A stretch of 64,000 nt of DNA, taken from assembly GCA_019828565.1 (NCBI GenBank), contig JAHDYR010000066.1:248001-312000 (forward strand), given 5' to 3'. The position numbers and the translations under genes were made by a program. Positions 58,184 to 64,000 of this stretch are shown one piece after another. The notes under the pieces were generated by a model. The model was not told the DNA's origin. It made no database searches and saw only the letters and a program-made list of their open reading frames with translations. Source of the DNA: Carpediemonas membranifera BICM (lineage: Eukaryota; Protista; Fornicata). Within the stretch, counting starts at the first letter, position 1. The number at the start of each line of letters is the position of its first letter.

Positions 58184-59818
58184 TTGTATAGGCTGGTAAT
58201 GGTGTTCATCGTCGCATGCTCATGGCTCATCGTATCGTCGTATGGAGTGAGTCCCAGTCTCCGGGCGTGGTTCACCCGATACGCCAACTCTGTGAAGCTG
58301 TGGCTCGCCCGCACGGTGAAGACGTACCGTGACAGGCTACAGGGCAGCCTCGCCCGACTCGAAGAGGCTCTCGCAGGTGTTGGCTCTCCGGCCTTCTTCC
58401 AGCAGGAGTTGGCCGGCGTTCACGCCATCCTCGGCAGGGTCAACCCTGAGATCCTCGCGTGTCTCCCCTCGCTGTTCTGGGCGGCTCACATGGGTGAGAA
58501 CGACGGGCTCCCAGTCTCCGAGGCTGCCCCACGCATTCTCTCTTGCGTCTGGGCAATTGCAGACGGAGTGGAGAAGTTGAGTGGCCTCATCAGCCACTTC
58601 AACGGGGAGTACTCGATGTCGCTCCGCCAGCCTCGCCTCGTGCCGATCGTGCCCATGGCCCCCGTCCGACCGGGCTTCATGGCCTACCGTGAAACGATGG
58701 GCCTACTGAACGAGAACTTCTGTCATCGTGTGGGAATTAATCCCACACTCCCACACGCCACCAATCCGTTGACAGAAGAGCAGAAAAGACGCTACCGGGA
58801 CAACCCCAGGTCAATGGGCCGTCTGCTCAGCCTGAGCACCGATGGGGTCTGTGTGGCGGTGACGGTTAAGCGAGGCGGCCGCTATCGGCCACAACATGAT
58901 GCGAGCATGCCTGTTCGAAAGCGAGCGAGAGGGCGGGAGAAAGAGCGCCCCCGACTCGGAGAAAATAATGCCGATGCTCCGCCCGCGCCGGATCCTGATG
59001 CCCACCTCATGGGGTTCGACCCGGGCGCGAGGTCCATCGGAGGGTATTACATCAAGCACCCCGATGGCACCAGCTCCGGCGTCCTCCCAAAGTGCGGATA
59101 CACTAAGACGCCAAGTTTCGGCTTTGATATGACGGCCGCGTCGTTCAAGAGCACAGGACTAGTGAGTATCAACAACTCTATTAGGTTTGTGCTGGACAAC
59201 GCGAACGACATTTTCGAGGCTGGAATGCGTAAGTCTTTCCGCCGAGTGCGCTTTGCGAACCACATCCTTCGCCAGAAGCACTTCGCCCGCTGCGGCCAAC
59301 AGTTGGCTCGGGAGTTCGGTCGCCACCATCCCATCGCCACCCCCATTCGCCTGAAAGTCTTCTACGGGAGCTCGGGATTCACCACGCCTGCTGGTATGTT
59401 CATTCCTTGCGCGCCATATCGAAAGTTCGCGAGAGAGATAGTTCCCCATCTCAAGAGGTATAACATTGTCGTCGATCTTAACATGGTTAACGAGGACCGC
59501 ACCACCGTCGTCTGCCCTCACTGCCACGCCCCCTACAAGCGAGTTCGTCCGCGTGATGACCAGCACGTTCACCCACATCGTGTGATGCTCTGCGAAAATC
59601 CACAGTGCCGTGGTGCTCAGTGGCGCGCAACAGTTCCTGATGCTCTGAATGTTGATCATCGGGACAAGAGTGCTGCAGAGAACATCCTGTGGCGTTCTCT
59701 TGCCACGGAAGATGAGCTCGGTCACTCTCCGTTCAGTCGCACATTGATCCCACGTCTTCAAACATCATTCCAGTATCATCAATTGGCTAACCGCCACCAT
59801 TCGTCTGCTGACGGATGA
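58184..59818 (+). CDS. Fanzor1 (TnpB-family RNA-guided endonuclease), RuvC triad intact; first ATG at 58199
   Basis: STDGVCV, RuvC-I GFDPG, SFKST..FRRVRF..RQK, RuvC-II VNEDRTT followed by CPHC, LCENPQC, RuvC-III HRDKSAAENI. Confidence 0.9.
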   Translation: MYRLVMVFIVACSWLIVSSYGVSPSLRAWFTRYANSVKLWLARTVKTYRDRLQGSLARLEEALAGVGSPAFFQQELAGVHAILGRVNPEILACLPSLFWAAHMGENDGLPVSEAAPRILSCVWAIADGVEKLSGLISHFNGEYSMSLRQPRLVPIVPMAPVRPGFMAYRETMGLLNENFCHRVGINPTLPHATNPLTEEQKRRYRDNPRSMGRLLSLSTDGVCVAVTVKRGGRYRPQHDASMPVRKRARGREKERPRLGENNADAPPAPDPDAHLMGFDPGARSIGGYYIKHPDGTSSGVLPKCGYTKTPSFGFDMTAASFKSTGLVSINNSIRFVLDNANDIFEAGMRKSFRRVRFANHILRQKHFARCGQQLAREFGRHHPIATPIRLKVFYGSSGFTTPAGMFIPCAPYRKFAREIVPHLKRYNIVVDLNMVNEDRTTVVCPHCHAPYKRVRPRDDQHVHPHRVMLCENPQCRGAQWRATVPDALNVDHRDKSAAENILWRSLATEDELGHSPFSRTLIPRLQTSFQYHQLANRHHSSADG

Positions 59819-59898
59819 TATTGTACAGTTTGGCACTTTGATCGTTCCTTTCAGGCCCTGTCTGGGAGGTTCGAAAAATGTGTTTATACTGCGCAACA
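59774..59898 (+). ncRNA. Candidate omegaRNA (scaffold plus guide) of Fanzor copy 2
   Basis: Homologous to 37468-37546. Hairpins at 59798-59817 and 59847-59869 (10 bp including three G.U), followed by host flank. Confidence 0.55.
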
Positions 59899-59905
59899 GG
59901 CGAAG

Positions 59906-61024
59906 ATGTCGTCCGAGTGGTGCTTCGATGAGCGGACGATGAAGGACTTTGACGAGCAATGCATCAAAGCCATAGATAAGATCCGTCAACGGCGAGTTAC
60001 CGACACAGACGAGATCGCTGTCAGCACAGCGCGTTTCTTCAAGGAAATCATCTATGAGTCTCAGGGCGATGATATTGAGGCTCTTATCAACACTATTAGG
60101 CACTATGGGCACATGCTGCAACAGGCTAACCCCTCTGAGTACGTTATTAAGAACGTCATGTTCCGCGTTCTCTTCCTCATCCGCGACCAGTACCTTGCAG
60201 CCGTCCGCGGCACCACAAACGACGTTCAGTACTTCGCGCCGTCCCTGGACACGCTGATCAAGAACGCCGGGCAGCACACGGATGTCCCGTTCAATATTCC
60301 CGTGATCAACATCAAGAAGAGCGTAGCCGACCTCATCGAGCGGCCCAACTCAACCACCAACGCGGACGAGGAGAGTCTTGTCGACAGCATTCAGCGCTCC
60401 ATCGAGGAGATCTCCGCCTCGGCCCCCAAGCACATCCACCCCAGCGAAGTTGTCCTTGTGCACGGCTACTCCAAGGTCACGATCGAGTTCCTCCTGGCTG
60501 CTGCGGACGAGATGCAGGGCGAGTCGTTCGAGGTGATCGTTGTTGAGCGGGCACCGAGCATGGACGGCCATCAGACGGCAAGCGAGCTGGCGGACTGCGA
60601 CGGCATCACAGTCACCCTCATCCCAGACTCCGCCGTGCTCGCGTGCATGGCCAAGGTCGATATCGTGCTGCTCGAGCCCCGCGCGATCCTTGGGGACGGC
60701 ACACTTATGGTGCCCTCGGGCGGGCAGAACATCGCCATCGCCGCCCGGCGCTACCACGTCCCCGTCCTGGCCCTGGCCGGCGTCCATCGCCTGTCACCCC
60801 TGCATGTGTGCCGGGATGCCCCCGTCCGGCAGGGCGCGGCGGACACCCTGGCCGACGCGTCAACGGCCATCCTGGAGGATACGATCGTAGTGAGCCCCGA
60901 GCACGACATGATCCTGCCGTACCGGTACAAGATCCTGATCACGGACGACGGAGACCATGGCGTATCCTATGTGTACCGGTTGCTGACCGAGCTGTACCAC
61001 CACGTCGACTTCAGCCCGGTGTGA
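59906..61024 (+). CDS. EIF2B2: Translation initiation factor eIF2B beta subunit
   Basis: ANPSEYVIKNVMFRVL.LIR, HIHPSEVVL.HGYS, V.ERAP..DG and IPDSAV.A.M.KV. Confidence 0.88.
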   Translation: MSSEWCFDERTMKDFDEQCIKAIDKIRQRRVTDTDEIAVSTARFFKEIIYESQGDDIEALINTIRHYGHMLQQANPSEYVIKNVMFRVLFLIRDQYLAAVRGTTNDVQYFAPSLDTLIKNAGQHTDVPFNIPVINIKKSVADLIERPNSTTNADEESLVDSIQRSIEEISASAPKHIHPSEVVLVHGYSKVTIEFLLAAADEMQGESFEVIVVERAPSMDGHQTASELADCDGITVTLIPDSAVLACMAKVDIVLLEPRAILGDGTLMVPSGGQNIAIAARRYHVPVLALAGVHRLSPLHVCRDAPVRQGAADTLADASTAILEDTIVVSPEHDMILPYRYKILITDDGDHGVSYVYRLLTELYHHVDFSPV

Positions 61025-61095
61025 GGTGTAATAAACGGCTATCGGACGGTGCGGGTGGGAGCTGGGTCGTGGCCAGTCGAAGCCCCGAGAGAGTG

Positions 61096-64000
61096 ATGGT
61101 CGATGGCCAAATTCGGCAATTCAACAACCAAACCAGAGATCTCTCCAGAATGCAGGCTGCTGCCGCTGGTATCCTGCTGTATGCGGATGATACCGAACAG
61201 ACGGCCCCTAGATTCCAGATCAGCGGCCCCACGGTCGCTGTTGGGGACCAGCCGCCCGTCTCGTTCGATAACGTCATCGCAAACGACAATTCATCCGAGG
61301 ACTACAATCAATCGGAGGAAGCATACGTAGAGCTAATCGGACCCTGTGTCGACAAGCTGCTGAGGGGTGTTTCGTCCACGGTGCTGGTGTCATCTCCCGA
61401 ATCATTCGCCCACGGCCACATCCTGACGGCCTACCCGCCTCCCAACAGCAGCGGGCTGATGAACTTCATCAGTGATGGCCTATTTGCTGCCCTGAAGAAC
61501 CACATTTCGACAGACTCCGGCGAGCATAAGGTCCGCGTCAAGGTGACCATGGCAGAGCTCTTCAGGGACAAGATACGGGATCTCTGCCAGCCAAACGTCG
61601 CAGAGTCTGCCGTGGAGATGACGTTCGGGGCCAGCGGGATGATCTTCACGCCCGAGCTGATCTCCACCAGGGTCGAGAAGTCGTCCAAGCTCATCCAGCT
61701 CGTCAAGACGGCCCTCTCACGCAAGACAGAGGACAAGCCCGTGCATGTCGTCATCCGGGCTGACCTCTCCCTCGGCTTGGGGCCGGCCCTCGTCTCGCCA
61801 TCCCTCACTGTCGTCGTCCTGGCGCCCACGGACGGGCTGACGAAGGACCCCACCGACACCACCCGGGGCCTCCACATGCTGAAGTCGTACCTGGCTGACA
61901 TGGCGGTGGGCAAGGTCTCGTTTGTCGAGCACCCTCTGCTGTCGCTGATCCCCGAAGCCCTCCACGGGACCACCCGGATCGCCCACATCGCCATGGTACC
62001 CGCACACGCGACACCAGCAGCACTTGCCACACTAGAGCTGGCATCCATCATTCGTAAGGTGCGGTCGAATCCGATGGTCCATGACGATCTCCACAGGGCA
62101 TTAATGACGCGATACACAACGTTGATGGCGGTCGAGCGGGCTAGAGCAGGGATGTCTACTAATTTAAGTGTGATTAAGGAGGCCAACGAGGCTCAGAAGG
62201 TTTCCCTAGACCGGCTTCGGGAGGAGAAGCGGACACAGAATGACCGCATCGAGGCGCTCAATGGGGCCAATAAGGCCCTGGTCGAGCAGAAGAAGGAGCT
62301 CCAGGAGCGTCTGGTGGGCTCAGAGAAGGCCCGCGTCCAGGTCAGCCGTAAGCTGCTCGAGCTGCGGCTAGCGGGGACCAAGATGGTGGAAGCGGCCGAG
62401 AAGGAGAAATTCAACGCCCAAAACCAGCTGCTCGCGGTCCAGCGAGACACCGTCGAGCTCCAGAAGAAGTACGAGGAGATCACGGTGTCGGGCGCCGCGG
62501 CAAACGACAAGCTAGCAGCTGTCGTCCGGCAGAGGGACGATCTTGAGACGGAGCTGAAGCGTGTCCGGGGTGAGGCGGACAGGACCGCCAAGGAGCTCGG
62601 CGAGGCGAAGGAGCAGATCGATCTACTGAGCCTCGAGGTCATCAACGGGGAAAAGAGCCGCCTGGCCAGCGAGAAGGCCATGAAGGAGGCACAGGCGGAG
62701 GTCCAGGCCGAGAAGGCGGCTGTGGCCGACCTGGCGGTCCGGATGAAGACGCTGAGTGCGGATCACCGCGCCGTAACGGACGAGGTGCTCGACCTGAGAC
62801 GGCAGCTCGTGGAGCAGCAAGGCGAGGGGGACGCCGCCGCCGTGCACGCGAGGATGATGGCTGAGCGGAAGGATCTGGAGCTCCAGCTGAAGAACGCCGT
62901 TGCAGCCCTGGGTGCGAAGGAGCGCGAGGTGACGAGGGCCGCGGTGGCCGCGGAGGCCAGCAAGGCAGAGTTCCAGGTGCGCATGGACGCGATCGACCGG
63001 CTCGAGCAGGAGTACAGGTCGCAGATCGACCATAACGCGGGACACGTCGACGATATGGCCGAGGCGCTGACCAAGGCCGTCTCGGCCATCCACAGGAACG
63101 AGACAGACCGCATCGCCGTCGCTGCAGACCACATATCCGCCGATATCTACGCGCAGGTTAAGGAGAGTGCCGCGGGGCAGGTGCGGGCGATGGACATCAG
63201 GCTGACGAGCCTCGAGTCCGCCCTCAGCATCTCCCAGGCCCAGCGGGACGGGCTAGCGGCCTCACTGCAGCAGGCGGTGGACGTCATCGAGTCGGCCGGC
63301 CTGGGTAACGCCCTTGCTGAGAAGCCCAGTCACATGCTCGAGCAGTTTAAGGCCGAGATGAAGAAGACCGAGGGCGACCAGCGCATCGTAACGCTCAAGC
63401 AGCAGCTCGCCGAGCTTGAGGCGCAGAATAAGGGGTTGAACGGCCGCATGGCGACGTTGGCGGACAAGAGCCAGCGGGCATACCTTGAGCTGGAGGAGCG
63501 GTACAGCAGCGCTGTGGCCGAGCTGAAGGCCCTGCGGACCTCGTTCAAGGACAACAACGCCGGGGCCGAGCCGTTGCGGGAGGAGAACTGGCGACTGCGA
63601 CGGGAGCTCGAGGACCTCAGGATGCGGGCCAAAGGGGAGCCTAGGGCAGCCGCACAGCAGGAGGAACGGGCCCATGAGAGGGCTAGACTAACCAGACCAG
63701 TGCCGGCCAACGTCCTGGCAGAGCTGGAGGCCGAGTTGTCCAGCTGGAAGGTGCGGGCCGTCATGGCGGAGGAGCAGCTCGCAGTGATGACGACCCGCCT
63801 CCAGTCACAGGGCCGTGCTGTGCTGGGTGCGGTCAACGCGATCAGCTCCGTCCGCCGGGCGTCCGAGGCCTCACCCGTTGCGTCCAGGAGTGGGTCGGCA
63901 TCATCGTTGCCATCCCAGAGCATCCACAGCGCAGGCAGCAGGCCGCCTAGGAGTGTTCGGACGCCCGTGCGGACGGCCAGGAGTCTATCCAGCCGGGAAC
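61096..64000 (+). CDS. CCDC78-like (DUF4472) coiled-coil protein with degenerate N-terminal kinesin motor; open at the window end
   Basis: Read manually because it is absent from the ORF track (no stop). FDNVI, VDKLLRGVSSTVL and VTMAELFRDKIRDL without a P-loop; SEKARVQVSRKLLEL..EKEKF resembles DUF4472. Confidence 0.65.
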   Translation, partial: MVDGQIRQFNNQTRDLSRMQAAAAGILLYADDTEQTAPRFQISGPTVAVGDQPPVSFDNVIANDNSSEDYNQSEEAYVELIGPCVDKLLRGVSSTVLVSSPESFAHGHILTAYPPPNSSGLMNFISDGLFAALKNHISTDSGEHKVRVKVTMAELFRDKIRDLCQPNVAESAVEMTFGASGMIFTPELISTRVEKSSKLIQLVKTALSRKTEDKPVHVVIRADLSLGLGPALVSPSLTVVVLAPTDGLTKDPTDTTRGLHMLKSYLADMAVGKVSFVEHPLLSLIPEALHGTTRIAHIAMVPAHATPAALATLELASIIRKVRSNPMVHDDLHRALMTRYTTLMAVERARAGMSTNLSVIKEANEAQKVSLDRLREEKRTQNDRIEALNGANKALVEQKKELQERLVGSEKARVQVSRKLLELRLAGTKMVEAAEKEKFNAQNQLLAVQRDTVELQKKYEEITVSGAAANDKLAAVVRQRDDLETELKRVRGEADRTAKELGEAKEQIDLLSLEVINGEKSRLASEKAMKEAQAEVQAEKAAVADLAVRMKTLSADHRAVTDEVLDLRRQLVEQQGEGDAAAVHARMMAERKDLELQLKNAVAALGAKEREVTRAAVAAEASKAEFQVRMDAIDRLEQEYRSQIDHNAGHVDDMAEALTKAVSAIHRNETDRIAVAADHISADIYAQVKESAAGQVRAMDIRLTSLESALSISQAQRDGLAASLQQAVDVIESAGLGNALAEKPSHMLEQFKAEMKKTEGDQRIVTLKQQLAELEAQNKGLNGRMATLADKSQRAYLELEERYSSAVAELKALRTSFKDNNAGAEPLREENWRLRRELEDLRMRAKGEPRAAAQQEERAHERARLTRPVPANVLAELEAELSSWKVRAVMAEEQLAVMTTRLQSQGRAVLGAVNAISSVRRASEASPVASRSGSASSLPSQSIHSAGSRPPRSVRTPVRTARSLSSRE

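Overview
Eukaryotic nuclear DNA from a gene-dense flagellated protist. It has 28-34 nt spliceosomal introns, CFAP251 and a bacterial-type CTP synthase; a fornicate metamonad such as Carpediemonas is my inference only. There are three zones. (1) 1-10730: a probable large cargo-carrying mobile element with a putative DDE-type transposase plus GNAT, OTU, SET, CHAT/caspase-like and PHD genes, shared internal motifs and a palindrome cluster. (2) 10731-33650: a nested retroelement stack. A DIRS-like tyrosine-recombinase element is hit by two Ty3/Gypsy elements; one of these carries an intact third Ty3/Gypsy and an RT-less LINE; an RLE non-LTR remnant follows. All three LTR elements have a different perfect 12-bp palindrome where a tRNA primer-binding site should be. 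(3) 33950-64000: housekeeping genes (EIPR1, BCCIP, NAA20, SMC1, SF3B3, RPB12, TMEM128, CFAP251, CTP synthase, COG2-like, RPLP1, LTV1, eIF2B-beta, CCDC78-like) interrupted by two Fanzor1 (eukaryotic TnpB) loci. The top finding is that both Fanzor loci share one architecture: a copy of a host promoter, the Fanzor ORF, a conserved structured omegaRNA-like segment, a second copy of the same promoter, then the ATG of an essential host gene. All family calls come from motif recognition by eye; no searches were run.
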